Assembly: GCA_040954595.2 (NCBI GenBank)
Contig: CM082578.2
Location: 11,539,166 to 11,603,165, forward strand
From: Balanoglossus misakiensis
Lineage: Eukaryota; Animalia; Hemichordata
DNA: 64,000 nt
Direction of reading: 5' to 3'
Positions 39,871 through 54,911 of the stretch are shown here, in pieces. Position 1 is the first letter of the stretch. Each line of letters begins with the position of its first letter. Made by a program: the position numbers and the translations under genes. The notes below the pieces were generated by a model. The model did not search any database and was not told the origin of the DNA. It saw only the letters and a program-made list of their open reading frames with translations.

Positions 39871-40217
39871 CTGGCGTCTCTTATACGCGGCAAAGTGATC
39901 ACAACACCAATAAATATGTTTCAATGCAGAATGTACAGGACATGTATATTGATCATGATGACTGTAGACTATACACGCGCGCCTGTGAGAACTGTTCGAC
40001 ATGCAATTTCCGTAATATCTATTTCCGCGCATGGTAAAAAAGACTGTACGGTCTATTGAGCGGGGAATATTAGATAACCTGGCGCCTCTTATGCGCGTCA
40101 AGGTAATAATCACAACACCAATAAATATGTTGGAATACATAATGCACAGGACATATGCATTGATAACAGTTCCCTTGCCTATACTCGCGGCTATAACAAA
40201 TGTTCAGCATGTAATTC
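39871..40217. repeat. Old tandem duplication (~140-bp copies, ~208-bp period)
   Basis: CTGGCG.CTCTTAT.CGCG..AA..ATCACAACACCAATAAATATGTT..AATG.ACAGGACAT.T..ATTGAT starts at 39871 and again at 40079. Confidence 0.75.
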
Positions 40218-43200
40218 AATAGAAGTCATCATTCACATGCGGAGGGGATCCATAATAGACGAAACAGTGTGACGCAACTGGTCTCCTTAACCGTTCGATA
40301 TTTGCTGACTTTCTCTCTCAGATTCTTTGCACTGTTGAATAGTTTGTGTTGTGCTAAAATTGGTGCTTAGGGGACTTCCTTGGAACCTCGCAGCAGCTTC
40401 ACGCACTCTAGCGACGTAATCTTTTGGGGGGACATTTTTACAGTATTCACGTCTTTCATCCCGCACAGAATTTTAACTGGAATCACTTTATGATTTACCC
40501 CTGCAGTGGGATAACAAAGGAGACTGTCAACTTGAAACTGAATACGGCCACCATATACATCAATTTCAAATGTAATTTGCGGCGCCTCATTTTCACGAGA
40601 AATTACCGACATGGCGATCAGCGATGATGATATCAATTATAGAAGTAAAGCTATTATCAAGATTACATAATACATTAAATGGAAAATCAACTTTCCCCTG
40701 AAAAAAGACAGATTTACAGGAGTTGTTGACATTTAAGTTTAATGTAATTTTCATACGACGGAATTACACCTCAGAATACTAATCTGCGACCGCGCTCACA
40801 ATCCCAAAGCCCTGCCGTTATACTATGGGCCGCACCTCCCGTAATCCTAACTGCATTGTCGGCATGCCGGGTAAACCAAGCTGTCAAATGATCGAGGAAA
40901 AACGATCAATCAATTTCAACGATCAACTTTAATCACTTCCCTACATTTAACAACGAATTATCGCCGGGGCATATACGCAAAAGCAATACATCCTGCGGAA
41001 AGCCCCTATTTTCGAAATATGAAATGCAATGATGAAACTGTCACAGTGTCACCTTTGTTAATGATATTAGAAGGTCGTTAGAATCACGCGATGAAAGGCA
41101 ATTATCGCTTTGTTTGACTTCAAAGCAATTTGGTATTGTTGCTGAGGTAAACATGGCCGCTGTCCACCTCTCCGTCTTTACATGGTCCCTCCCCATTTAT
41201 GCCTCCAATGATCCCCTCTCTCATGTTGGTGACGTCGCGAATGCTATACGCGCTGGAAAGGCGAAGTTTGAGCTTGTAACCCTGAAAATAAGAGAGACCA
41301 TCAAAAGTGGCAACGCCGATTATGGGTAGGGGCAGGTATGGCTAGGTACATTCAAGAATATGGGTATGGGCTTTGGGTATGATATATGGTGAGGGTGGGT
41401 TAAGCTAGGAATTATTAGAAAAAGTTTACTTTAGACGTACCATGGACAATTGAGACCTAGCCAAACAAAGTTTTTCATCGGGTATCATTCCAAAATCTAG
41501 ACACGCCCTTTTGGCAATATAAGCATATGTAACATGATTGTATTCCTTTAATAAGTTTATTAGGAGAAGATGAATGAAATGTTGGAAAAAAAGAAAACAA
41601 TGCACTGTCAACAAGTTGTGAGCCAATCGCCAATGTTCTACAGAGAAGAAGAACTTGGCAGGATCAATGACCCATGTCACCTTGCCAATCGTCAGGTCGT
41701 GCAGCTTAGTCACGTGAAATATCGTCGCAATATATACCCCTTTTGAAACAAAAAGCCGATGTAAAAATATGGCCGTTGGCTACTACACAGTCTCGCCCTG
41801 GCTGTTTGTTCATTTTCTTTAGGAAATTCTCATATTTTCTTGGGTGTCTTCTTTGTGCGTTGGCACTAGTCTTTTATCACCGTGGCATTTAATTACGATG
41901 CGTTTGTCGCTAATGGAGCGGCAAAGATTGCTTTGAGCTCTCTCGCGAGATACGAAAAGTGCCTCGTGAGATATCTGCGTAGACGGTCGCAAAGTTGCCC
42001 ATCACGCAACATTGAATAGTTTAGTTGACTTGTATACACAATGTGCTTTTTTATTATACTTTTAACGCCTTACTTTACTTGCAAACATTTCCAAGCGCGA
42101 TTGAAACTTGATCCGACAACCAGGTAACAGACATTATGATTCAAAAAATATAAAAAATGTATATCTTGACGGGAAGAAACTAGCACCAGAGGGACAAAAC
42201 AGTAATCGGTAATGATGACATTAATTTTGCGAGGCGTGTGCACGAAAAGGTTACTTTCTGTGAGGAATTCAAAAATGAGTTCTTAAACTTTCACACGCCC
42301 ACGGTGTGATGGCTCGTGCTAGCGATAAGATTTCCCGAGGCTCGGTGTTGTTGTCAAATTAGTTGCACGTTCTTAAGGAGAGTCGGTAATGCATCCAGTC
42401 AGTCGGGATTAAACCCCGCGTCACGTCCTGCTTTGCAACTTGCAATCTATAGGTGTTTACATCATTAAGGCGAATTGGGCCCTATTTGACGCTATTGAAA
42501 AACACACACGCTCCAATGAGGTTGCAAATCAAATTCGAGCAATGACGTCAAGCTTACTAAAGGGTGGCGATACACGTCCTTGTTTGAGACTCATTAAACC
42601 CCTATTGTACGAAACGTTGTTTCGTTATTTGTACTCAAACGAACATTATCTCATGAAAACGTGCTTAATGAGTAAGAGGGGCAAGTATAACTCGGATATC
42701 AACGTGGAAGGAGTATATAGAGTGATATTTGATCTTATTATATACATAATAAATAAGTTGCAACCAGTATATGCAACTCACTCACTCCCTCTCTCACTCC
42801 CTCACTCATTCACACAGAGGTCTCGAGATCTGTCGATTGCGCGCATTAAGATTAATTTCATGATCCTGTTTATATTCTTGCTATTTGTCAGCTTTGGATG
42901 AGCAGATAAACCGTGACGTCAAGGGGTCATCAAGGGGTCACTATCTAATAACAGGTCAATGACGTTGCGCTCCCACAGTTATAGTTAGCTATTCACTTGT
43001 TATCAAACACAATTGAAAGAAATATTATTGATTTCTGAAGCGTAATTTAATACAATTATATTTTTACTCTTTGTACTCTTTTTGTGTCTCCAGCCAATCG
43101 CCCCTTTCACGTGGCTTCTTCGATGTAATCTGATTACGCCTTGTTATATACATAGAACCACGATTTACCTTAAGTATGTATAAATCAAAATGAATAATTA

Positions 43201-46200
43201 GGAGTGCGACTGTGTTGGCATAATTGCTCTAAGTCATCAATTTGTGAGTAATAATTACGTTAGGCGATTGCTATCCGACACATCTCGCTATTTCAGAGCG
43301 TCATCCCCTGAATAAATGCTTCCATCGAGTTGAGAACGTTGATTAATGTTTGGCAGTCTGTGTTTGCCTTTTATCGGTTACTTTCCACCAATCAGTGAAC
43401 TTCAACGGAATAATTATCAGTTGGGCGTGGTTGCTCTAAGGGTGGACTCTATGATAAGCATGATCTATAACTTGTAAGAATCTAAGGGAACATTACACCT
43501 CCGATTTCAATAGCAGACATGCCGTTTGATGTAGACTTAAAATCCGCATGTTCTGTCAACTGATTTCATCACTCGCTTAACAAGAATGGGTTGTAAATGG
43601 CTGACTTGATCACCTTTATATCTGGTTGTACCTTTTTTCCTCATCTCGCTGTGTGCTGTTTTAATATAACGATCTCACTGCAGTGTCGCGTGATGGTGTG
43701 AAGTGTGTTGTTGTTATCTTGTTTCGTTTCAGTTGATATGAACACCATAAATGTACGTACAAGTCTTCAACTAACCGTGCTTTCATCACGGTCATAAAAG
43801 CACCATAGAGTGCATTAGAGGAATCACTAACAACATCAGCGAGAATGGAAATGTATTGTCCCTGGAGCGCTAGCAATAAGAAAAGTGTCCACGTGGACAC
43901 AAGTCAAGCGAAACCGCAGAGTGTTAATACGGCTGCAATGATAGGATTCTTAAAAGGAATGCACCGAGAAATGAAACGTAATCAACACACTGGCTATGAT
44001 GACATCTGACCTTGAGGGTTGAATGAAGTGTCACATTTGCTGATCGTCGTTTTATCGACTCACTGAACTTGATTTCGGCATTTGATATCAGTCTTAAGTG
44101 AGGATCCCTTACTCGTATCACACATCATATGCGAGTATATTAACCGCCTGTTGTTAGAACAGGTGATTTGCACCGCCAAATCTAGTCAGAATGTTTGCAA
44201 TTGTGGATACGCCATGCAAAATTGGCCGTATTTCTATCGAATGTGTATGCTGTATAGAGATACTGTCAGGAGCATCGAGATAGGCCTAGGGTTTTTGCAT
44301 GTTTCTTGACCTCCATAAGCTAATGAGATGGCACCTCGTCAATTTGCAGTCGTTCGCACCAGCTGCTTGAAATTCACACGAACCCTATAGACAAGGGTGC
44401 AATCATTAGAGAGAAGGAAGATGTCACGTCATAACATTCAATTGATCGACGAAGAAAACGCCGCAAAAACGATTGTGAAGGATGTTGTCAAGACTTGTCA
44501 ATGTAAAACGAAATCGATTCCGCAAAAAGGGGGTTAAGTTCATTTTGCAATTGTTCATGAAATGCGTGCCACATGACTACTAATAAACGATGATTGTATG
44601 GCGGAGAATACTAGTATTAAAACTACTTCTAAGTTACTGACACGTGGAGAGACTATGGCTGTTTCGGCACAGGTGAAAAGAAAAATAATTCTGCTGAAAG
44701 AATATGAATTTTCACTTTATTCACTGCAAAATGTAATATGAATAGAGATTATACTCTTTCCTTACTTACAAACCCGTTCACAATGATTCACAATATCTGA
44801 TCCTGGTGTTGTTTTACTGTACACGTACCTATAGCCCATGGCTGGCTAGGAAATCATTTCTGATTACCGGTACAGCTCTGATTTATGTTACCGTACACCT
44901 GCGACTCACCAAACCTATAATCTATAGGGATTATGTGTTATAACTCCACGGTAGTGCAAGCAACAATTATTTGCTGGCACGCGCGCAACCAGTGCTAAAC
45001 CTTTTTTTCTGCCAATTAGATTCAACTTCTATTTTGTCACGTTAACTTTTAGCATCTCACTGAATTACATTTAGATTGGACTAGTGTTTTTAAGCAGTTT
45101 ACTCGCGACTTTATAGCTACTGTAGTGACGTGGAAATTCTACCGCCCTCATCACACTGATATCCTAGAATTTTTTGTTTTATTCGTGCATTACATATACA
45201 AATGCGTATTTTGCTCTTCAATCCAACGTCATTTTCTCCTTGTACTCGTCCGCCAATTCTTACCATGGTATGTCGCCTAAAAGACACGAATACAGAGGAG
45301 CTGGCCATTTTATTACATTATACGCGCATATAAGTTCTGCAATATCCCCTAATTCTAGTCAGCTTGTTAACCCAATTGATCACTTTATTCAGTCGATCAG
45401 GAAGCGGATTACAACACTGGTTACATGTTCGGCGAACCACTTCCCTACTCATTTACCGGGAAATAGGTCAAGTACTGATAGAATTCTCGCTATACCTTAA
45501 ATAGGTTTTGCTACCTAATAGGTTAGTGATGAAAATCTCACATGGTCGGCTCAATTCCAAGATGACAGATTTTTGCTATATTTCAGAAATGGAAGTTCAT
45601 AAGCTGGGCCATTTGAAACTTTGTTACAGAAAAAACGTGAAATAAGTTTAACGCGCTAACTGCTGATTGTTGACAAATTCGCTTCCCTGAAACATTCTTG
45701 ATTGATAATAGCTATAATATAGGTGTTCTGTCCATAAATAATCAGTCAGTGAACTTACCTTCATCTCTTAATTACCCGTCCATTCCGACGCGGAAATGGA
45801 AAGGCATTTTCATAAATCCGTGTAATGGGAAAATTCATTAGACCTCATCAATCATAGCTTTTTTTTCTCTTTGTCATTTATTCCATGGCCTTCTCAGTTG
45901 GTAATTTCTGTCTGTGTTATTAATGCAACAGTTATCTGACACACAATATGGACGTGACCTTCTACATACCATGGCGTTCTTTTGTAACTTTTGCGCCTAA
46001 ATTCTGCCTTTTGAATCGATTACAATTCTATTAAATACAGACTTCTGATGAAATCAGAAAACGACCAATTTCGATTGACTTGGTCTTTCAATACATTAAC
46101 ACTGTTAGTTTATAAACCGTTTTGTAGTATCAAATACTTGCAGCATTGTTCACGCGATTCGCCAGCTGGCTCTGGTTAGATCAGCAGACTACGTTTATAG

Positions 46201-49200
46201 AGTTGAACTTTGTACAGCAGTCTCTTTGTTTAAACATGATATATAATAGTTCCATGAATCTTGTCTTCCAACGAAACGAGTATTCAGAAAATACACCATC
46301 TGTGGGCGACTGTCACGTATGACTCCTGTTACATCATAACGTCCCGGTTCTGAAAAGCATTCAGATAATTCGCCCATTGTGGGAAATTATTACAACGAAC
46401 ACAAGTCGCTAGCATAATTTCCAATAATTCGAATGATTTCCGGGTAAAATGTAAATTGCGTTTTCCCCTATTACCCCCTAAAACGATAACCTCTGAGCTA
46501 AATTGACGCCATATTATGTGACCGTCGACGAACGGCTGGCCATTTTCTAACGCGTCTGCGAACAGCTGGCGTGAAGTATACTCACAATATTTAATCGCGA
46601 CCCTGGTTGTTCTGTGTTCTGGTGGCGCATGTCCGTCTGAATTCTGTTTGTACCCTCCGTGGCGACTCGTAACTTTTGAATTCTTAGTTAAAAATAGTTG
46701 ATTTGCACGTCTCTTTACATTGAGCAGTTGTATCTCATTTCTGGCATCTGGAGACGTATGGAATTAATTACCAGGCCTGCCAGGTTCCATAAGTCGTATT
46801 TAATTCAACAATTCCATCCATTATTTAAGCATATCCATGATAGACGATATGATTCGCCTGTTGTGTGTTTTTCCGGCTGCTTGCACAGTGAGTCATGTTT
46901 GAAATAGGACGATATATCAGGTGTATATCAATTTCATACCTGTGGCAAAACACACGAGTATTCGTTTCATTTACAAGTTAACCAAGAAGAGCTTTTCAAG
47001 TCTGCGCATGAGCAATAAAGACATGCGCAAGTACTACGCAGCTGCACTAGCTGTCGCGTTATGGTATTTTGTTTATTTTTACCGATGGGTCAACACTTCC
47101 TTGACCGAATCCCAAAAGCATGGTGGAATGATCAGTATTTACAATGAACACAGGCAATTATGTGTATACCCAGTATTGTTACTGTTGCAAGTTGATTCCA
47201 AGTCTGGAATGGAAATCATTAAGAGCCAATGAAGGTTGAAATCGACGGGGTAATTTTCTTCTCACGGTACATTTATTCGTTTCGTTTCGTGTTAGAGCAA
47301 AATGTCTATATCAGACTGTTATCAGCTGTTTTTGGGAATGACCGTAACTATGCAGGGACACACAATAATACAGCACTGTCGATCTGATAAAATGACTTTA
47401 TCATACATGCACACAGTATAGTTATCTATCCATTCATGTGACCATCATGATCTGTCCGTCGACGTCAAGGTCCTCTGCGCGCCAAACGCAAGCAATGACC
47501 TTGGTGATATAATACCTTATTCTACAAAAATAATGTCGGCTCCAGATATAATCATATGAAGTAAATCGATAATTTTTGAAATTAGTGATTGCAATCTGGC
47601 GTTAATGTGGAAGTAGCCCATTTCCTGACACTTTCAAAGGAATTGTGTTGGAAAATTCTAGCGCCCTTGGGACAGGAGCTTTCAGTGATAATTAAAAGTT
47701 AGCCCGGAGGAATTTGCGCTCTGTCACCTTCGTCCCTGTTCGATACGACTTTCCTATGATTTCTTTTTGGAGCGTGACTTTTGCTTATCGTCGCCCTGGA
47801 GACAAGTACTGGCGTGTACTTTTTCTTCGGAGACATCCAGACAATGTCGATCAATTGTGCAATCAATTTGCTCGCACACTTCCAATGTTTGCATGATTCT
47901 AAACCAATCAGCAGACATCAGACGATTGAAAGACGCGTCGAACGCATAACCAAGGTGAATACATATTTTAAGATTGATAGCATTTCAGAAAGAAAACAGG
48001 AATTTCTCATCAAAGCCATACACTCTCATTACCTTCAGCATTCTTAGTATTGAAGAAAGGCATAACCCTACTAGGGCAATTTTGTTTGATATTGATAAAA
48101 GCTAGCGGAAGATTCAACAAAGCCTATTGGGAAAAACGGAAGCGTTTTGTTTGGACAATGCAAATGGAAGGAGCACCTTCCATGTTAGACGTGGGAATTC
48201 AATTCACCTGTCAGCCCTTAATGGATTTTACAGTTATATAAATGATATATAATCCGCTTCCATCACAAATGTTGAACTTAGTCTCCATATTACCGCTCCG
48301 GGTCTATTACATGTCTTGGTAATCAAATTAATTGACGGAAACCGCGTTATGTAATAATTATTTCCAAAGATAGCCAGGAGGCGCGCCCGTTCTTTGTTCA
48401 TAGTCATATTTTGTCTGAACGGAAAGCAGTGCCGGCAGCGAGCGCAGGAGAATATATAATACCCGATTGGTTTATATTGGTAATTAAATAAAAAAAAACT
48501 TGTGTATATAAAACACCAACTTTTTGTGTGGTGATAAAGCGCGAAAATGGTGAACGAACTTATAACTGGCAGTTTTTGGTCTTAGCTGGCACCATGGCAA
48601 CGAGACACAACATACTGTAAACAAACCCATTACAATGGAGATGATCCATAAACGGACGTGGGTATACTGACAATGAGTGTTGGCCTGTGCTATGATAGCA
48701 CCCTTACAATGTTCAATATAATGCGCCTGTCATTCGGGTGGATATCTTAGGAAATCAAAATCAAGAACTAGTTTACAAAAAATTGATAAGGTCACCTCGA
48801 ATGTGAAAACTTTGCAGATTATTTGTTAAAATGAACACTGTACTAAGGGCAAAGTTCACCATCCAATAATTGATTATTTAAGTATGAAAACTGTACTGAT
48901 GATTCATTGGGAAGGAAAATCTGTCTACGACATCAAAATCTTAAAGTATTTTAGGATTTCTTTATCAGTGAATTCATCGCATAATTGAAACTTTGCAGTC
49001 ACAGAAACAAATTGAACAGGAATTTTGAAGGCATTATTAATTCTATACTTTATGGAGTGGTCGTTTATAGAAAAGCAATCAAGCTAATTCAAAAATCTTG
49101 CTTCATTCTTCAGGAATTCAAAAGAGATCATTCGAACCTGAAGCATGCATTCCAGTTGCTACTGATGTAAAAAAGACTTATGTGTACAGAGACCATAACT

Positions 49201-51776
49201 GACACCACGTGTACTGTGACCTCCCCGGATCTGAGATATAAAAAAAACAGCTGTAGATGTAAATGACAAATATAAATTATCACCTTTATGCCGGATGTGT
49301 GTTAAACGTGACAAGTGAATCATTTGCAAATAATTATAGTACACCAACAAGCACATCCATGTGAGTCTTAACGGAACCCGGCGAGACGACTTCAGCCGGT
49401 AATCGTCAACATTTCTCTCTAATTGTTCTCAGAGAAAATTTTAACAGATCTTAATTAGAAGGGCTGCGTTCACTCCATGCCCAGACGATGACTCTGAAAT
49501 AATGTTTCACAGAACATATTTGTAAACGCAAGAAACGCACGCTTAAAAAACAACATTTTGACGCCAAATGAAATGTACAGACATAGGCCCTAATTATCGT
49601 AATTATTAGGCTGGCAGTAAATATAATTTGAGGCCACTACAGCTATGGAGCAATATTCTTGCTGGTCTTGAGTGGGCGAATCCGAATACCCCATAAATCA
49701 CCGTGACATCACTCTGATTGCGGAACTTGGTCCTCAGAACGCGAATCGCTCCTAAATCGTGTTGCCTGTCTTCAGTGGAATGTTTATTGCAGCAGCGGTT
49801 TGGCGGTAGTCTAAACTGTTTGCAAACACTTTTTTACTAATATTGGATAGATTAGAATTTCGTGTACTCCATTCAAAGGAGGGTTTAAGGTAATTATCGG
49901 TAAGTAACTATTTGCATAAATGTACTAGAGGCAGCATGTACTGATCTCAAAGCTAAATCGATTCGATTAATTCTTGTCAGTGAGAGCCGCAGTATGTTAA
50001 CATTTTAATTTAGATTTTTTGTAGTTCAACATGCAATCAATTCATTATTACAGTGCTACATGAACGTGCCCCGCGAACCTCACAGGTATCGAGTCAAGAC
50101 CACGGGATACAATGCATTCTAATTTCTGTATGTACCGTACGCACTAATATCCAAACGCCGTATGGGGCCAATGCAACAAGTCAATATGTTATCGAAGGTA
50201 TACGTGGATGTGTGTGTTGCCGATAACATTAAAGTGTTTGTCAGCGTGAACATTATTATGAACCTCAGTTTGCCATTTGACGCTCGTTTATTTTGGTTTT
50301 TGCTCATTCCAATAATGGTGTGAGTCATCCATATTGAAAGTGTGATGAAGCCGTGGAAAGAAAACGAAGTAAAAATAAACCCCAAAGTTTCCAAGAACAC
50401 ACATCCAGAGGAAGCAATTTGCTACAAAAATAGAGATAAATTGGTTTCTGTTTTGAGAAATCTGAAAAGTGTATATATGAACAAGACTTCTTCTGTGAGT
50501 AATCTGGTTGATTATTTTTCGATGTGTTCGTCGACAATCGTATCACCTTCAGGGTTGATTGAAAATTTGATTGTCAGTGTCTCCACATTCCCCACACTCA
50601 CAATTATTACACATCTGATCATAAAATATACGTATAATCAAATAGCTGCTAAAATGTCGATATTCTGTGGCCATATTTACGGTTTTGATTCAAGGCTAGT
50701 AAATCAGAAAGGTAAAGGCAAAATCGATAAAACAGGAAGATAAACGCAGTTATGTGAAAGTTTGTCATTGTCGCCTAGCAACGAAACAGTGGAAGAAGCG
50801 GAAAGAGAATGGAGGGTAGATTGCAAAATCAACGAATCGTCCAATGGATAAACTCCAATGGTGGATGTAGATGCACCAGACATTTCATCGGCGTTAGACT
50901 GGGCTTTTGCAAGGTGTCTCGCTTCCAATGGACGACACTGTGTATGATCAAATCCTGAAAACAATCATTTATTTTTTCTCTAATGTTCTAAGTGATTAAT
51001 CAGAAATCTATGAATAGATTAAGTCCGAAATAAAGTGAAATAATAATTGTAATTTCCCCGGGGCCCATCACGACCATATTGTCGACGATCAGAGTGCTTG
51101 AATCTTACAACACACCGACAGCAGCCATCGCAATGAATCGTCTTGGCTATTGTTCAACACGGCAAGACAGCAGCAAGCGCATCTCATATGGACGTTGCAC
51201 GACACACCTGCAGTAACCACAAAGTCTATATCTGTGGTATCAGCGAGGCAGGTGTTTTCTGTGGCGGGGAGTGAATATCGCTCTCCTGTGTGGTCTCGCT
51301 ACAGAAGACGCTCTTGTAAAGACGACCTTCACGTCAAAATGACACTGTCCCCTGCGGCATTCACAGATAATTGAGAAGTAAATTACCTTCCCACCAAGGT
51401 AAATAATAAATCGCTATTAATAAAAAAAGAGGAAATGATTTATGAACTTGAACTTTGTGTAAACCGTTGATTACGAACTCTCAGGGCTATCGTCGACGTA
51501 TCGCGCGTCAAACGGATTCTTTATAATGCAGTCTAATTACTACACTTTAATGAGACGATGGTGTTTGTCTCTCGATATTCAAGGTCTATATAGACTGTTT
51601 ATTTGAACACCCAACTCACTTCTATGAGGTCTATATGACTGCGTTGTCCCAATGGCATCACATGACTTTCAATGTATTTCCGAGTCTGTAAACACGCAAC
51701 CAAAATAACAGTGTATGAATATGTTTACACTGTGCTCCCGTGTCACGAGTATATGACACGGGACTCGCCCACACTG

Positions 51777-51946
51777 CATCCATCCACCCACCCACACCCC
51801 ATCCATCCATCCATCCATCCATCCACCCACCCACACCCCAGTTCATCCATCCATACATCCACCCAACCAACCACCAAGCCACTCACTCACTCACTCACTC
51901 ACTCACTCACTCACTCACTCACTCACTCACTCACTCACTCACTCAC
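51777..51946. repeat. Compound tetranucleotide microsatellite (CATC/CACC)n followed by (CTCA)n
   Basis: Direct reading. Confidence 0.95.
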
Positions 51947-52295
51947 CTATCCACCTGTTCATTAGATTGAAGGGTCTGTAAACATTGTTGTGTTGGTGAC
52001 AGAACATATGCAATCAGATGTGCTTTTGTTATTTAAATAATGCTCTTAAAGTATCCGATTTCTAAAATATTAATTTCTATAAACCTTGACAGCCTTTTTT
52101 GATCCCTATTATGTCCCGTGGTTACACAATCGGTTCGACAACATTTATAACGTTCCCACAAATAATTCATGCTTTATCACGAAACTAATCAAACATTTCC
52201 CCGGGTGGAGAATATAATCACATGAAATAGTAATAATAGAATTTCTCAATTAGCTTCGGAAATGCGAATCTCTCCATCGAATACGTAACGTGATT

Positions 52296-52360
52296 ATACA
52301 TACATACATACACACACATATACATACATACGCCCGCACGCAGACAGACAGACAGACAGA
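52296..52360. repeat. (TACA)n/(CA)n/(CAGA)n microsatellite
   Basis: Direct reading. Confidence 0.85.
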
Positions 52361-53022
52361 TTATCGGGCAAGGTTATGGCTTAGCGGGAACACTGCTCTT
52401 AGGTTATTTCGGACGCTTAAATAATAATTGTGTCTGGCGCGCAATTGTGAACGCCATTCAAATACGACAAACAGTTTTTTATAAAACTCCTTCAAACATG
52501 CCGACATGTAGGATGAAAAGGCTTATACTACTATCTTTCTATAGTGTATAAAAATCCGTCTGTATACATTTACACAAGTTCCATAACATATGGTTCACAT
52601 AGTTAAATGTGCCCTTTATTACATAAAGTTTTCATTTACAATCAGACGTTAGCTATTTCCTATAGTCAAAATCCAAGAAGGTTATAGTGAAAAATGCGTG
52701 TGAACAAATTTATACATGACAAAACCACTGTATAAAACTAATTTCCCGTGTTTTCGAAAATTGTAAATGCTATAATGAATACTTAGTATACTTGAATGAT
52801 CAAAATTGCAGTGGCATTGAAAAGTTATATCCCGTTTAAGAAGAAGGTATTCAATTTATCAAAGGTAGACAATTTTATATAAATTAGTTGCAACAAGTAC
52901 TATTATCATCAGAACGTAAATTGATTATGTATATACAAAAATCGAAGTCTTCCTTCAATGTTTGACGACAGATATTAAAATGCTATTAATATTCTTATTA
53001 CATATATTAACATCACAAAATG

Positions 53023-53085
53023 GACTCACTGACCGCCTGACTGACTGATTGACTGACTGACTTACTGACTGACTGACTTACTGAC
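53023..53085. repeat. Imperfect (GACT)n microsatellite
   Basis: Direct reading. Confidence 0.85.
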
Positions 53086-54911
53086 GGTTGAGACAAAGTT
53101 TCCAGAGTGGGGAACGACAGTAATGCTACCTTATATTTGGAGAGTCTTATATTAATCAGAACTGTATCAATACAGGCTGAGCAATTCGGGGAAATCGATC
53201 ATTTAAAAACAACACCAGAAATCATTTGTATTTGAAATGGACTGGTGGTGGCATTAGATAATATGACGTGAACAGACGACCTATGCCCTGATCCGCTCTC
53301 TAGTATCTCCATTCCGGAACCATTTACAATCAAGTACATCAAGTAACCACACGTGACACTATTTGTCAATGACAAATCAATAAATTAACTAAACCGTCTA
53401 TGGGTGATAAACATTAAAGTACGGTTCAAGAACATATATGTAGTCGCGGGCGGAGAATTTACCCAGGGATTAGGACTACTAGTAAAGTACATGAAGTGAA
53501 GGCTTGGCAAGGCGAATGTATACTATAATAGGTTTTTCACTGCTTTGCGACACTTGTTGCCTGCCACGGAAACGCACTGATTCCGATTTCAATCGGAGAA
53601 TACAAAAGCCAGGCCTTCACCAAAAATTGTTTCCATCCGAACCATTGCATTTTAACACGTCTCTAATAGTATTACGGGTAAATCAAGCTGGTGCGTTGGA
53701 CGATTATACAGCTTGCCAAGGGGTCGGCGTTATTAAAGCCATTACATGTATACGCGTGCATGCATGATTGTACATACCTGTCCTTTGCATTGTCATGTAA
53801 ATACTGGCCAGATTAGCTTTGTTTTACAAGTACTAGTATATACTTGCTAAATTTAACCACAGAGAAAACAAAAATTGGGCTGGGTTCGCATGGTCGTAAT
53901 AAAGATACACCATTGACTGAAAATCAATTACTCGTCATATTAAAAATGTGTGGCAATTCATTTGCGTGTCGAATATGGGATGTCGCTGCTTTGCACCGAA
54001 CGCACGTAGTTTTCCTGGAAAAATGAATTCTGGTGAAAAATGTTAATGCCCACCGTGCTCCGGATATGTTATGTATAATTGACGTAATCTATGGAAATTT
54101 GCCGATTAAATAAGCAGAGGGACTCAGTCAATGCATTGTCAGTGGAAAACATTACATATGTCGCAACCACAAGCTTACACCACAAGTAAAACATTCATGT
54201 ACAATATTTGTATCTTTTGAACCGGTGTCCGAGAAATTGGACCCATCCACGTTGTCCTATTGGGGGGGGGGGTGGGGGTGACACAGATTTCATACTCAGT
54301 ACAAGAAACGTCCAAGTGATATCCGTCCCTTGTCTAAAAGTCCAGATCGATAAGGAAACCACCTCAATTATGATTTTTAAGTCCGCTATGTCAATTTTCT
54401 CCGTTGCATGCAGTCCGACACGCGCATCGTGTTTGCCAACGTCATGCCGAGCACATCAATCAATAGTTGCGTTACCCACTTAGAGTCATAAATTTGAAAT
54501 GTAAATGACGTGAGTGATTTTTTATTCCAGTCTGTGCCGGTAATGTCAGAATAAAACGTCACATCGGAAATCCATGATTTGTTGAGTGTAATCGGTATAA
54601 TTGACACGGTAATTGGCTTTTAAATAGGTTGGATGTGCGTCCGATTAAATTAATACCGTTAACCTGGGGGGAGATCTTGGAACATAAAGTCAACTAAGCT
54701 TGAACCCTACATGGAAATACATGTATGATGGCATATATCTGTGTAATCACAGAGAAGCACACATTGCACAGTACAATCAAGTATACAAATTCATATCGAG
54801 CTAATATAAGCGACTGTTTTGTAATGTTAATCTCCTTGGTGAATGGGTGGGTTAACAATCTGTTGCTATCCGAATCGTGTGGCTAATGGGTGAAACTGAC
54901 CCGATCGCCTG

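Noticed and set aside
46023-46045. CTGATGA...GAAA hammerhead-like core
   Set aside because: It is a simple TTCTGAT/ATCAGAA palindrome with no stems I or III.
42440-50743. Isolated ORFs of 100-153 aa (42440-42901, 45174-45500, 46921-47232, 50342-50743)
   Set aside because: No recognisable domains, several have non-ATG starts, and there is no coherent exon chain; consistent with chance ORFs.
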